Shown piece by piece: positions 19,523 through 30,132 of a stretch of 64,000 bases of DNA. Source of the DNA: a bacterium. GTDB taxonomy: Bacteria > SAR324 > XYD2-FULL-50-16 > G965216635. Within the stretch, counting starts at the first letter, position 1. Every line of letters starts with the position of its first letter. The notes beneath the pieces are model-generated. The model was not told the DNA's origin and did not search any database. It was given only the letters and a program-made list of their open reading frames with translations. The stretch is taken from positions 800,001 to 864,000 of the forward strand of contig OZ244188.1 in the NCBI GenBank assembly GCA_965216635.1. The letters are read 5' to 3'. The position numbers and the translations under genes were made by a program.

Positions 19523-21814
19523 ATGTATTCTAAAGATATAGAGTCAATTATTATAGATACCTACAACGAAGCAAAAAACAGAAATCATGAGTATGTTTGT
19601 TTGGAACATTTACTTTTTGTGCTTCTTTTTGATACCAATATTTCTAATATTGTGGTGTTTTGTGGGGGTAAAATTGGAGAACTCAAAAAGCAAGTAGATA
19701 AATACCTAAATACTCGTATAGAAATCGCTAAAACCAAAGATACAGTTCCTAATCATACTGAGGCTGTTCGTCGTTTGTTGTTTCGTTTGAGTCATATTAA
19801 AAAAAAACAGCAAGATTTGTCTCGATTTTTTGGAGAACAATTTGTAGAATTAGTCCAAGAAATGAATCCGCATAGAGATACGGCGGTTAATTTTAGAATT
19901 GATGTTAGCAGCAATATTCTATACTTGCTTTTGTCAGAAAAAGATTCTCACGCTCATTATTTTCTGCAAACACACGGAGTAAGTCGCTCCGAAGTAATGA
20001 GATATCTCATCAAGCAAAATTTAGTCAATCATACAGAAGAAGAAGGACTAGATACTTCGCAATTTAAGAAATTAAAAACTTTAAACCAATTCTCTATAGA
20101 CCTAGTAGAAAAAGCAGCCAGAGGAAAAATTGATCCTCTTATAGGTAGAAAAAATGAGGTGCAGAGAATTATCCACTTGCTGTGCCGTCGTAAAAAAAAC
20201 AACCCGCTTTTAGTAGGCGAGCCTGGTGTTGGTAAAACTGCTTTAGTAGAAGGTTTAGCTTACCGTATTCACAAGAAAGATGTGCATCCCGTTTTAAAAA
20301 ATGTTCATATCTACAATTTAGATTTAGGTTCTTTAGTGGCTGGTACTAAATATAGAGGTGATTTTGAAAAAAGACTAAAAGACATCTTAGAAGAAATTCG
20401 TTTCAATCCCAATATTGTGCTTTTTATAGACGAAATTCACACAATGGTAGGAGCTGGAGGCACCTATTCTGGAATTTTAGATGTTAGCAATCTCTTAAAA
20501 CCAGCTCTTGCAAACGGAGAAATCAAATGTATTGGAGCTACTACATATAGAGATTTTCAAAATGTATTAGAAAAAGACACCGCTCTTTTGAGGAGATTCC
20601 AAAGAATAGATATTAACGAACCAAACTCTGAAGAAACAGTAAAAATTTTACAAGGCTTAAAAAAAAATTACGAGGAATTTTATAATTTGGAATATACAGA
20701 AGAAGCAATAAAAGCTGCCGTCAGACTTTCAGAACGTTACATTCACAACCAATTTCTACCAGACAAAGCGATTGACCTTTTAGACGAGGCTGGCGCTACT
20801 TTTTTATTAGGCAATTCCAAAGAAAAAACTGTGGTAGATTCTACCTGCATTGAAAAAACAGTTCGCTTGATGGGACACATGCCGAAGTATAACAAAGGGG
20901 ATGATATAGATAAAATTCAAAGTTTAGGGCTAGATTTAAAAAGAGTGATTTACGGACAGGATAAAGCTATTGAGCATCTTGTTTCTTCCGTAAAAAGAAA
21001 TAAAGCAGGGTTAGGTAGTGATAAACCAATAGGCTGTTTTCTTTTCACAGGACCCACAGGCGTAGGAAAAACAGAATTAGCTAAGGAATTGGCAAGGTGT
21101 ATGGATTTAGAATTTATTCGCTTTGATATGAGCGAATATATAGAAAAACACTCTATCTCTCGTTTGATAGGTGCTCCTCCAGGCTATGTGGGCTACGAGC
21201 AAAGGGGACTGTTGACCGAAAAAATCACAAAACACCCTTACTCTGTGTTGTTATTAGACGAAATAGAAAAAGCCCACTCGGATATCTATAATATTCTATT
21301 GCAACTTATGGATTACGCCCAAATAACAGATAGTAAAGGCACTAAAGTCAATTTCCGCAATACTATTTTAATTATGACTTCCAATATAGATTCTCAGTAT
21401 GGTTTAGCAGATACAATAGGTTTTGAAGGAAAAGAAAACCAAAAAAAACAAGAAAAAGTAAAAAAAGAATTCGCTCCTGAATTTTTAAATAGGCTAGATG
21501 CTACTATCTATTTTAATAGTTTAACCATGCTACATATTATGAGAATCGTGGAAAAAAACCTCACCGAATTAAGGTTAAAATTAAAAGCCAAAAATATTAT
21601 TTTAAAAATGAGTAACAGTGCTAAAAAATGGCTTGCAGAAAAAGGCTATAACCAAAAACAAGGAGCAAGACCCCTGGAGAGATTAATTCAAACAGAAATA
21701 AAAGACAAACTATCCGAAGAAATTTTGTTTGGAGAACTTAATCAAGGAGGAAATATTAATATTAGTGCGCAAAATAAACAACTCGTCTTAAAAGTTAAAA
21801 GTTTGGTCGTTTAA
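19523..21814 (+). CDS. clpA: ATP-dependent Clp protease ATPase ClpA
   Basis: Two Walker A motifs (GEPGVGKT, GPTGVGKT), IGF loop, no M domain. Confidence 0.95.
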   Translation: MYSKDIESIIIDTYNEAKNRNHEYVCLEHLLFVLLFDTNISNIVVFCGGKIGELKKQVDKYLNTRIEIAKTKDTVPNHTEAVRRLLFRLSHIKKKQQDLSRFFGEQFVELVQEMNPHRDTAVNFRIDVSSNILYLLLSEKDSHAHYFLQTHGVSRSEVMRYLIKQNLVNHTEEEGLDTSQFKKLKTLNQFSIDLVEKAARGKIDPLIGRKNEVQRIIHLLCRRKKNNPLLVGEPGVGKTALVEGLAYRIHKKDVHPVLKNVHIYNLDLGSLVAGTKYRGDFEKRLKDILEEIRFNPNIVLFIDEIHTMVGAGGTYSGILDVSNLLKPALANGEIKCIGATTYRDFQNVLEKDTALLRRFQRIDINEPNSEETVKILQGLKKNYEEFYNLEYTEEAIKAAVRLSERYIHNQFLPDKAIDLLDEAGATFLLGNSKEKTVVDSTCIEKTVRLMGHMPKYNKGDDIDKIQSLGLDLKRVIYGQDKAIEHLVSSVKRNKAGLGSDKPIGCFLFTGPTGVGKTELAKELARCMDLEFIRFDMSEYIEKHSISRLIGAPPGYVGYEQRGLLTEKITKHPYSVLLLDEIEKAHSDIYNILLQLMDYAQITDSKGTKVNFRNTILIMTSNIDSQYGLADTIGFEGKENQKKQEKVKKEFAPEFLNRLDATIYFNSLTMLHIMRIVEKNLTELRLKLKAKNIILKMSNSAKKWLAEKGYNQKQGARPLERLIQTEIKDKLSEEILFGELNQGGNINISAQNKQLVLKVKSLVV

Positions 21815-21819
21815 TTTGT
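21771..21819 (+). repeat. 49-bp direct repeat, left copy (clpA 3' end)
   Basis: 44/49 identical to 22952-23000 by manual alignment. Confidence 0.85.
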
Positions 21820-21880
21820 TTTTTTGTTGCAAAAAAACTATTTAAAGTAAATATATAATATATCTTTAACACAATAAACA

Positions 21881-22423
21881 ATGAATAAATTAGAATTTGA
21901 GGAAGTTGTAGATCAACTAATTCAAAAAAATCCACATAAAACTGACAAAGAAAAAAGGTTAAAGGAATGGGAATTGTATCGCATTCAATTTTACAATAAA
22001 GTAGATGAATTTCTAAATGAGTATGTTTCAGTAGGAAAAATTCAATGTGAAGAAGCAGAAGAAAAAATATATGAAGATTATATTGGGGAATACAAAGTAA
22101 AAAAATTAACTATTACTTTGGGCTACAAAACGGCTTCTTTAGTTCCTATTGGAACTTTTTTGTTCGGAGCAAAAGGCAGAATAGACTTAAAAGGTTCACA
22201 TGGGAAAATTAGGTTTGTATTGGTAGATAAAAAGGCAACTTCATTTAACAAAGAAATACCCGTCCGCATAAAAAGTAATGGTGAAAAAATTGAAAGGGAG
22301 CAAACCAACCCAGAAATCACAGATTGGGAATGGAAAATTTCTACCAATCCTCCGAACACTAACTACATAGATTTCAAGCAAGATACATTTTTAAGTGCTT
22401 TATTAGAGGTTATTGGTGAATGA
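21881..22423 (+). CDS. Hypothetical protein
   Basis: 180-aa ORF overlapping the next gene. Confidence 0.75.
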   Translation: MNKLEFEEVVDQLIQKNPHKTDKEKRLKEWELYRIQFYNKVDEFLNEYVSVGKIQCEEAEEKIYEDYIGEYKVKKLTITLGYKTASLVPIGTFLFGAKGRIDLKGSHGKIRFVLVDKKATSFNKEIPVRIKSNGEKIEREQTNPEITDWEWKISTNPPNTNYIDFKQDTFLSALLEVIGE

Positions 22424-22958
22424 CAAAATTCTTTTTTCTGGCGAGCATTTAGAGCTTGCAGATATCACGCAACATCATACAGATTTAGAAAATGCTTTGA
22501 AGCTTTATTTTTCTGAGAACAATAAAAATTTTCAAGCAAGATTTTCTGAATATACACCCCAAGAATTATCCCAAGAATTATCAAAGAGAACAGATGAGTT
22601 AAGTTATAGTTCTGTTTTTTCCTTACTTTCAGCTATAGAAGCAGCATTTAGAATAGATTGTCAACAACGGATTTTAAAGAAAAAAAACGACCCACTTTCT
22701 AATATGTTTTACAAAAAATATAGTAAAAAAAACCAAGATAAGTTTGGAATAAAAAAAATTTTTAGTGATTGGAAAAAACATACTCAAGACAAAAATAAGT
22801 TATCCTTAATCACAGTTTTAGAGAACGCTTTTGATTATAGAAACTGGCTAGCCCATGGACGATACTGGAGTCGTCAACCAAATCAAAAAAAATACAGCTA
22901 TGCTGATACTTACAAGATAGCCGAGACTGTTTTTAATAATTTTTCTTTAGAAAAATAA
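22413..22958 (+). CDS. Putative HEPN-domain protein
   Basis: Helical, AIEAAFR early motif and C-terminal RNWLAH (RxxxxH). Confidence 0.6.
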   Translation: MVNDKILFSGEHLELADITQHHTDLENALKLYFSENNKNFQARFSEYTPQELSQELSKRTDELSYSSVFSLLSAIEAAFRIDCQQRILKKKNDPLSNMFYKKYSKKNQDKFGIKKIFSDWKKHTQDKNKLSLITVLENAFDYRNWLAHGRYWSRQPNQKKYSYADTYKIAETVFNNFSLEK

Positions 22959-23000
22959 ACAACTCGTCTTAAAAATTCAAAGCTTGGTTGTTTAATCTGT
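22952..23000 (+). repeat. 49-bp direct repeat, right copy
   Basis: aaaataaacaactcgtcttaaaaattcaaagcttggttgtttaatctgt. Confidence 0.85.
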
Positions 23001-23041
23001 GTAAGTATTTTTTATATATAGTTTGTAAATTATGTAATACT

Positions 23042-24061
23042 ATGAAAAAACTATCTCTTTTTCCTGATTCAGAGCTTCAAAAACCTAGTTTAGAGAATTT
23101 AAAAAAGAATTTTTTAACTAACCTTAAAAGCTTTCATCAAAAAAATTACAAACGCTATCTAGGTAGTCCGTTAAGATATGCTGGAGGCAAATCTTTGGCG
23201 GTTGGTTTGATTGTAGAAAAAATCCCTTGCAATATTCAAAAAATAGTTTCCCCTTTTCTAGGAGGTGCTTCTGTAGAAATTGCTTGTGCCAAAGAACTAG
23301 GGCTAGAAGTAACCTGCTATGATGTTTTTGATTTGCTCGTTAATTACTGGCAAGTGCAACAAAATCAACCAGAAGAATTAGCTGAAAAACTAAAACAATG
23401 GAAACCAACCAAAGAAAAATATACTGAAATCAAAGAAACTCTAAAAAAACATTGGAAGAAAAAAGAAACTAAATTAAACGAGCTAGAACTAGCTGCCTTT
23501 TATTGGTTCAATCACAACCTTTCCTACGGACCTGGTTTTTTGGGATGGATGTCTAAAATTTATGAAAATGAAATTCGCTATCATCGTTTGTTGCAAAGAA
23601 TAGAGAATTTTAATGCTGGAAATTTTTCAGTGAAATGTGCTTCTTTTGAAAAAATTTTACCTCAACATTGCAAAGATTTTCTTTATCTAGACCCACCTTA
23701 CTTCTTAGCAGGAGATAGTAAAATGTTTCGTGGAATCTATCCACAGAGAAATTTTCCCGTGCATCATAAAGGATTTGATCACGAACAGCTAAAAAATTTG
23801 CTTTTGCAACACAAAGGAGGATTTATTTTATCTTACAATGATTGCAGCACTATTCGAGATTGGTATAAAAATTTTGAAATAACCTTTGTAAAATGGCAAT
23901 ACACTCTAGGGCAAGGAGAAACTAGAATTGGAGAAAATCGTGAATCTAGTAAAACCAATCATATCAAACAATCTCACGAAATTTTAATTGTTAAACAACC
24001 TAAAACAATGGAAACAAGAGAATTATCCCGATCTCATCAATTAGGAGCGAAAGCAGCATAA
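23042..24061 (+). CDS. DNA adenine methyltransferase, Dam/D12 class
   Basis: LRYAGGKS, SPFLGG, YLDPPY; ATG start at 23042 preferred. Confidence 0.9.
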   Translation: MKKLSLFPDSELQKPSLENLKKNFLTNLKSFHQKNYKRYLGSPLRYAGGKSLAVGLIVEKIPCNIQKIVSPFLGGASVEIACAKELGLEVTCYDVFDLLVNYWQVQQNQPEELAEKLKQWKPTKEKYTEIKETLKKHWKKKETKLNELELAAFYWFNHNLSYGPGFLGWMSKIYENEIRYHRLLQRIENFNAGNFSVKCASFEKILPQHCKDFLYLDPPYFLAGDSKMFRGIYPQRNFPVHHKGFDHEQLKNLLLQHKGGFILSYNDCSTIRDWYKNFEITFVKWQYTLGQGETRIGENRESSKTNHIKQSHEILIVKQPKTMETRELSRSHQLGAKAA

Positions 24062-24348
24062 ACTACTTTGAAGGTGCTGAGAAAAAATGTTAATGAGCCT
24101 CCAAGGAGAGATGTTAGAATAAAAACAGAGGAAAAATTAAAAGAACAAGCTGTATTAGAGCATTATGCAAAAGATTTTTTAAAAAGCGGTTTGTGTTATA
24201 TTTTCACTGAATTGCTATACAAATTAAGCAAAAAATAAGGTATAATAAGATTTATTAGAGATTTTCAGTGGATATATTTTTTTTTTTTGACTTTACGTTG
24301 TATTTTTTGTAACTAATATAATATATCAAAACATAAACCTTTCAAAAA

Positions 24349-25389
24349 ATGGCACTTTCTGCAGAAAAAAGTAATACAGAAATTATAAACAAAAGAAGAA
24401 TGATCAATGGTATGGATGATGGTTTGATGCAGGTTCATCCTCTCAAACACCCCTTGTCTATGGAAATTTTTCAAAAAATGATGGCAAATACTTGGATGCC
24501 TCAAGAAGTGGAAATGACACGCGATTTAGAAATGTGGCATAAAAAAGGGGCACTGACAGAGCAGGAAAAAAGATGTTATGAAAAATGCCTTGCTTTTGCT
24601 TCCAATTTAGATGGTTTATTAACGAATTCTATCTCCAAAGATATAGGTGCGCATGTTACTTCTCCAGAAGCTCGTTTGGTGATTGTCAGGCATGCTTTTG
24701 AAGAAGCGGTGCATGTTCTTTCCTACAGCCAGATGGTAGAAACTTTAGGTTTAGATCCTGAAAGAATCTACGGATTATATAGAAAAGAAAAATCTCTTTT
24801 TGAGAAAAACCATCATATTCAAGAAAGTTTAGAAAAAATTAGTGCGATAAATTTTAAGACTGGAACTTTTGAGAACGACCAAATATTTTTAGAAGCCTGT
24901 ATTTCTAATATTATTCTAGAAGGTATCTTTTTTTATTCTGTTTTTTTATTTTTTTATGTGTTAAAAAGGAATAATAAAATGCCGGGCTCAGCAGAGATGA
25001 TACAATTTATCAATAGAGATGAGGAGATGCATGTCAAACACTTTACTTATATGGCTAATACCATTAGAAGCGAACAACCAGATCTTTGGACAAAGGATTT
25101 TCAAGATCATATTATTCAAAATTTTAAAGAGGCGGTGCAATTAGAAATCAATTGGGGGAAATATTATCTTGAAGAAGGCGTTTTAGGCTTGAAGTTAAAC
25201 AATTTAGAGGAGTATATTAAGTATTTAGGCAATAAACGAATAACAACCTTAGGTCTGCCAGAACAGTGGCCTTCTGCAAAAAATCCTTTTAGCTGGCTAG
25301 ATGAAATGACACAAGGTGCTATGACAGAAACGAATTTTTTTGAAGGAAGAGTGAGGGAATATTCTAGTGGAACTTTGGATTGGGACTAG
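24349..25389 (+). CDS. nrdB: Class I ribonucleotide reductase beta subunit
   Basis: EEAVHVLSY, LEGIFF, RDEEMH, TNFFEGRV tail. Confidence 0.95.
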   Translation: MALSAEKSNTEIINKRRMINGMDDGLMQVHPLKHPLSMEIFQKMMANTWMPQEVEMTRDLEMWHKKGALTEQEKRCYEKCLAFASNLDGLLTNSISKDIGAHVTSPEARLVIVRHAFEEAVHVLSYSQMVETLGLDPERIYGLYRKEKSLFEKNHHIQESLEKISAINFKTGTFENDQIFLEACISNIILEGIFFYSVFLFFYVLKRNNKMPGSAEMIQFINRDEEMHVKHFTYMANTIRSEQPDLWTKDFQDHIIQNFKEAVQLEINWGKYYLEEGVLGLKLNNLEEYIKYLGNKRITTLGLPEQWPSAKNPFSWLDEMTQGAMTETNFFEGRVREYSSGTLDWD

Positions 25390-25406
25390 ATACAATGAGA
25401 CTAGAT

Positions 25407-25546
25407 GAGACTGTTGAATGCCTTTATAGGAAAGCTAGACAAGACGTTCAAATTTTTTACCCAAGAGGAATACTGAAGTATTTTGAGTGATAAAAAATTT
25501 GAGCAACGCAGTATAGTTGAACTAGAATGTCTAATTCAATAGTCTC
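25407..25546. mobile_element. MITE-like element, second end type
   Basis: GAGACTGTTGAAT...ATTCAATAGTCTC with shared GGAATACTGAAGTATTT core. Confidence 0.75.
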
Positions 25547-25622
25547 TATAGATTTTATAAAATTTTTATGCTAGTAAATACACATAAATTATTTTATATT
25601 AATCATTAAGAAACAACAAATT

Positions 25623-26231
25623 ATGAAACAAGGAAATGCAGTTTTTTTGAGAATTCTTTTGAATCAGGATTATTCAAAAAATCAAATTACTATTATTAGC
25701 ATAGTTAGTGCTTTTGTAGCCTCACTGGTTCTTTGGGTATCTGCTAAGCTACAAGTACCTTTCTATCCAGTGCCACTGACCTTTCAAACTTTGGTAGTAT
25801 TAGTCATTGGAGGAATTTTTGGCTGGAAGATTGGTTTGTCGGCTTTAAGCCTTTATATGTTGCAAGGAATAGCGGGATTACCTGTTTTTGCCGGCACCCC
25901 TGAAAAAGGTTTAGGTTTAACCTATATTTTAGGTCCTACGGGTGGTTATCTACTCGGGTTTTATCTATCCATCGTAGTTATGGGAATATTTTCTACTAAA
26001 AATACCTATCAAAACTACTGGAAAAGCCTACTCGTGCTGGTAGTTGCCAATCTCGCAGTTTATATTCCGGGAGTTATTTGGTTAAGCCGTTTTACTGGTT
26101 TAGAAAAAGTATTACAATATGGCTTTTATCCTTTTATTTTAGGCGATTTATTCAAAATATTTTTAGCAAGTTTGATTATTTCTGTTATTCTTAAAGTCAT
26201 AAAAAGACTAGATAGTAAAAAAACGAACTAA
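25623..26231 (+). CDS. bioY: Biotin transporter BioY
   Basis: PVPLTFQT, GLPVFAG, GPTGGYLLGF. Confidence 0.93.
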   Translation: MKQGNAVFLRILLNQDYSKNQITIISIVSAFVASLVLWVSAKLQVPFYPVPLTFQTLVVLVIGGIFGWKIGLSALSLYMLQGIAGLPVFAGTPEKGLGLTYILGPTGGYLLGFYLSIVVMGIFSTKNTYQNYWKSLLVLVVANLAVYIPGVIWLSRFTGLEKVLQYGFYPFILGDLFKIFLASLIISVILKVIKRLDSKKTN

Positions 26232-26344
26232 TTTTAAAAAACTTGAACAACACTGTATAGCTAAACAGAATGCAAATTCAAAAGTCTATAATTTTTAAAA
26301 ACTTGAGCAACACTGTATAGCTAAATAGAACACTAATTCAAAAA
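26232..26344. repeat. Two tandem about 60-bp MITE right-end fragments
   Basis: aaacttga(a/g)caacactgtatagctaaa(c/t)agaa...aattcaaaa twice. Confidence 0.7.
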
Positions 26345-26367
26345 ATTTCAATTTTAATCAGATAAAA

Positions 26368-28770
26368 ATGAATTCAAAATACACGAATGAGGGCTTTTGG
26401 TGTAAACCATCTAAAACCTATTATCAGCTAAGAAATAAAATGGTTGTTTCTATTTTTATTTCTCTTGTTGTTGTGTTGACTTTTAACTTAGGGTTGGTGT
26501 TTTTCGCTTTAAAGAATGTTGTTAGTGATTTAGTTGTCAGTCAAAACAGAATTATTGCAGGAAAAGTTAATAGCCAGACGCTAAAAACAGGCGAGGTAGA
26601 TAATCTCGACCTAGAACTAATTCAAGACTACACCAATGAATTGCCGAGTTCAGTAGAGGTGCTAGATGCAGATTATAGCTCGTTGTATGTATCAGAGAAC
26701 ACTCCATCTATCCATGCTTTAAGCCTTGTTGTAGATTCAATTAAACAGCAGAAAACCAAAGAGAAAAAAACCAACTCTTTCACAATAGACGGGGACTTAA
26801 TATCTTTTTTTCCTCTTTTGTCTAAAGCCAACGAACAATCTGGGTATATTGTTTTTACTACTCCTAGTGCCTATATCAATCAGAAGGTAACGCAAAAAAT
26901 CATTACTAACATTCAAATAGCATTTGTTGTTCTCTTGTTAACTATATTCATAATTTTCAAAATTTTAGAGAACATTTATATCAAGAAGAAATCAAAAAAT
27001 ATTAGAAAAAAGACACTTATTGCTACCTTTCTAGCAATTATCATTATTCCTCAAATAGGAATAACTATCTACAATGGAGGAAGTGTTTATAAGGGGTATC
27101 AGGAGATAGCTGACCAAAAAAGGGTAGTTTTAGAAAATTTAATTCAAAGTCAAGACACCAAGGAAATTGCTGATAAGGATAAATTTTCTAAAAAACTAGA
27201 TATTTATCTACAAGAATTTGTGGTTATGGGCTCTGTTGAGATTTTTGATAAAGACAAAAATAAATGGATAACAAAAAAAAAAAAAGACAAACAAAATCAA
27301 ATTCTTGAATTTTTTAATATTAAAAAATTTTTAAAAAGCAAACCTTTAATTGCTATTAACGATGAAACAGGAGTTCCCTCTTATTATTTTTCTATAAAGG
27401 AACACAAAACTGCTATTTTAGAAAACATCCGCAAGGTAGTCTTGAACCTTCTGACCTCGCTTATCCTATCCACTCTACTGTTTCTTGAAATACTACTTTT
27501 TCTTTTTAGTAGAAAAGTAGAGGTGACTTCTTTTCAAAGAGGGGAAGATAACTCTAGGAGTGTGTCTATTCGCGCATTAGCATTTCTAACTATTTTTACT
27601 TTGGATATGGTTATCTCTTTTCTTCCCTTATATATTGATGCTCTCTATAAAGAGCCAATTTTTGGCTTAGATAAAGAATTTTTCCGTCCTTTACCAATAG
27701 TTTTTGAGCTGATCTTTGTGACTATTGCTATTTCCGTATCCAGAAAATTCATCGTGAACAGTGGATGGCAATATCCACTATTTTTGGGAATATTTTTAAT
27801 AGGTTTAGGAAATATTTTTAGCTATCTCTCTGTGAGTGTTATTCCATTTATTCTTTCCAGGGGTTTTATTGGTTTTGGATATGGTCTGAGCTATGTAGCC
27901 TTCAATTCCTATCTAGTAACAAAAACTGAAAAAAATAAAAGGAGTCAAGGTTTTGCTCATCTTGGGTCTGCTATAGTAACAGGGACGATTGTAGGAGGGT
28001 TGACGGGTGGTATTTTAGCAGATAATTTTGGCAGACAAGCTGTATTCTTATTTACTTTAGTACCACTGTCTGTTCTGCTGTTTTGGTTGATTTTTGTAAT
28101 GAATAAAGAATATAACTTCACAAATAGTTTAGTTAGAAGAAGAATGCTTGGAAAAAACGAAATCACCAATTTCATTCGCTCTCGCCAAATTTGGCCCAAT
28201 TTATTTTTGTTAAGTCTTCCTTTCACTGTGTTACTTGTAGGTTTCACACAGTATTCTATTCCTGTGTATTTAGGGGAAAAAGGCTACTCCAATGCGGACA
28301 TTGCTAGGACTATTATGCTCTACGGCACGATAAGTATTGTTTTCTTTCCTATAGCAGGTAAATGGGTAGATAAACTCCGTGATTCTTATCCTGCGTTGGC
28401 TTTAGCATCTTTTTTAACCACTAGTTGTTTTTTCCTTTTTTTAGCGTTTGAAGGGTACTACACAGTACTTTTAGTTTTGGGAATATTTGCGTTAGGAGCA
28501 ATTTTGAGTGAATCTGCTAGACCAGTGCATATATTAGAACAAGAAGTCAGTTTAAAAATTGGAGAGGCTAGTGCTATATCAATTCTTAGCACTGTAGAAA
28601 GGATAGGAGGATTTTTAGGACCGCTCGTTTTCCGTGTAGCGGCTATCTTTTTCGGAATTCAGCATTCTTTTGTAGTAATAGGTGTTGTTGTAGGTGTTTT
28701 GTATTTGTTATTTTTTGTAGTTTCTAGATCTCCAGAAGTAGTTCGTCCTCGCTATAAAATTAACGTCTAA
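26368..28770 (+). CDS. MFS transporter with a large N-terminal membrane-anchored extension
   Basis: GGILADNFGRQ and GKWVDKLR motif-A-like loops in the C-terminal half. Confidence 0.75.
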   Translation: MNSKYTNEGFWCKPSKTYYQLRNKMVVSIFISLVVVLTFNLGLVFFALKNVVSDLVVSQNRIIAGKVNSQTLKTGEVDNLDLELIQDYTNELPSSVEVLDADYSSLYVSENTPSIHALSLVVDSIKQQKTKEKKTNSFTIDGDLISFFPLLSKANEQSGYIVFTTPSAYINQKVTQKIITNIQIAFVVLLLTIFIIFKILENIYIKKKSKNIRKKTLIATFLAIIIIPQIGITIYNGGSVYKGYQEIADQKRVVLENLIQSQDTKEIADKDKFSKKLDIYLQEFVVMGSVEIFDKDKNKWITKKKKDKQNQILEFFNIKKFLKSKPLIAINDETGVPSYYFSIKEHKTAILENIRKVVLNLLTSLILSTLLFLEILLFLFSRKVEVTSFQRGEDNSRSVSIRALAFLTIFTLDMVISFLPLYIDALYKEPIFGLDKEFFRPLPIVFELIFVTIAISVSRKFIVNSGWQYPLFLGIFLIGLGNIFSYLSVSVIPFILSRGFIGFGYGLSYVAFNSYLVTKTEKNKRSQGFAHLGSAIVTGTIVGGLTGGILADNFGRQAVFLFTLVPLSVLLFWLIFVMNKEYNFTNSLVRRRMLGKNEITNFIRSRQIWPNLFLLSLPFTVLLVGFTQYSIPVYLGEKGYSNADIARTIMLYGTISIVFFPIAGKWVDKLRDSYPALALASFLTTSCFFLFLAFEGYYTVLLVLGIFALGAILSESARPVHILEQEVSLKIGEASAISILSTVERIGGFLGPLVFRVAAIFFGIQHSFVVIGVVVGVLYLLFFVVSRSPEVVRPRYKINV

Positions 28771-28808
28771 AATTTTTTAAAAACTTCTCTGCCAAATAAA
28801 AATTAGAA

Positions 28809-30113
28809 GTGTTAAAAGAAGTAAAGGGCAGTCTGTCTAAAAGCACAGATTTTTTCACAAAAAACCGTAAAAAACTTGCCCGATTTTTAGAAACAGATTC
28901 ATTAGCTATTATCTCCGCTGCTAGTCTTATAAGTAAATCTTCCGATTTAAACTATCCGTTCCATCAAAACCCCAGTTTTTATTATTTTACAGGTATTTTA
29001 GAACCAGATTGTCTACTACTTCTGCTTCCATCCCTTATGAAAGACAGGTTCGCTACCTATAAAGATAGCTTCCTTTTCATTTCTCCTATATCTCCTAAAA
29101 AAGAGCAATGGTCTGGAGAAATGTTAAACAAAGAAAAAGCCCAAACGCTTAGCGGTATTGAAAATATAGAATTTTTAGAGGATTTTGAGGTCATTTTCCA
29201 ATCACAACAAAATTGGAAAAGATGTCTTTACATAGAGAATAATTGTATCCATTCTTTACCTAAATTTTCTCAACTCATTCAAAAAGTTAAAATCCAAAAT
29301 CCAGCCTTAGAAATAAAAAAACTAGACTATAAAATCGCCTCAATAAGAGAAAAAAAAGAAGCTATAGAAATCACACAGATCCAAAAGGCTATCGATATAA
29401 CCCAAATAGCTTTTACAAAGGTTTTGCAAAAATTAAAAAAAACAAAAAATATCAAAAAAAATAAAGCTCCATTCTTTAATCACGAAGAACAAATTGCAGC
29501 AGAATTAAGCTATCAATACCAGCTGCAAGGCAGTATAGGGCATGCTTTTGAGCCTATTGTAGCAGGTGGTAAAAACGCAACTACTCTACACTACCAAGAA
29601 AACAATTGCCTTTTAAAATCAGGGGAGCTTTTACTCATAGATACCGGAGCTAGGTGGGGTATGTATAACGCAGATATTACAAGAACAATCCCGATTAATG
29701 CAAAATTCACTGACAAACAAAAATTTTACTATAACCTTGTTTTAGAAATGCAAAGTCAAATAATAAAAAAAATTAAAATAGGAATGAGTTGGTGGCAGTT
29801 GTATAAAAAAGCAGACGATATACAGGCAAAAATTTTAAAACAAGCAAAAATTATTAAAGAAGAGGCTGAATTTAAAAAATATACGCTCCATCGTATAGGT
29901 CATCCATTAGGTTTAGATGTTCACGATATTTACAACCAAGACGACAAATTAGAAGAAGGAAATGTATTAACTATAGAACCAGGTCTTTATTTACCAGAAG
30001 AAAAAATAGGCATCCGTGTTGAAGACAACCTATTGCTTACTAAAAAAGGCATTCAAAACCTATCCTCTAAAATACCTAAGACTGTTGCTGAGATAGAGAG
30101 ATATCTTGCTTAA
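28809..30113 (+). CDS. pepP: Xaa-Pro aminopeptidase
   Basis: DTG, ADITRT, GHPLGLDVHD, TIEPGLY, GIRVEDN. Confidence 0.92.
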   Translation: MLKEVKGSLSKSTDFFTKNRKKLARFLETDSLAIISAASLISKSSDLNYPFHQNPSFYYFTGILEPDCLLLLLPSLMKDRFATYKDSFLFISPISPKKEQWSGEMLNKEKAQTLSGIENIEFLEDFEVIFQSQQNWKRCLYIENNCIHSLPKFSQLIQKVKIQNPALEIKKLDYKIASIREKKEAIEITQIQKAIDITQIAFTKVLQKLKKTKNIKKNKAPFFNHEEQIAAELSYQYQLQGSIGHAFEPIVAGGKNATTLHYQENNCLLKSGELLLIDTGARWGMYNADITRTIPINAKFTDKQKFYYNLVLEMQSQIIKKIKIGMSWWQLYKKADDIQAKILKQAKIIKEEAEFKKYTLHRIGHPLGLDVHDIYNQDDKLEEGNVLTIEPGLYLPEEKIGIRVEDNLLLTKKGIQNLSSKIPKTVAEIERYLA

Positions 30114-30132
30114 AATTATTTTACTTTTCTGC

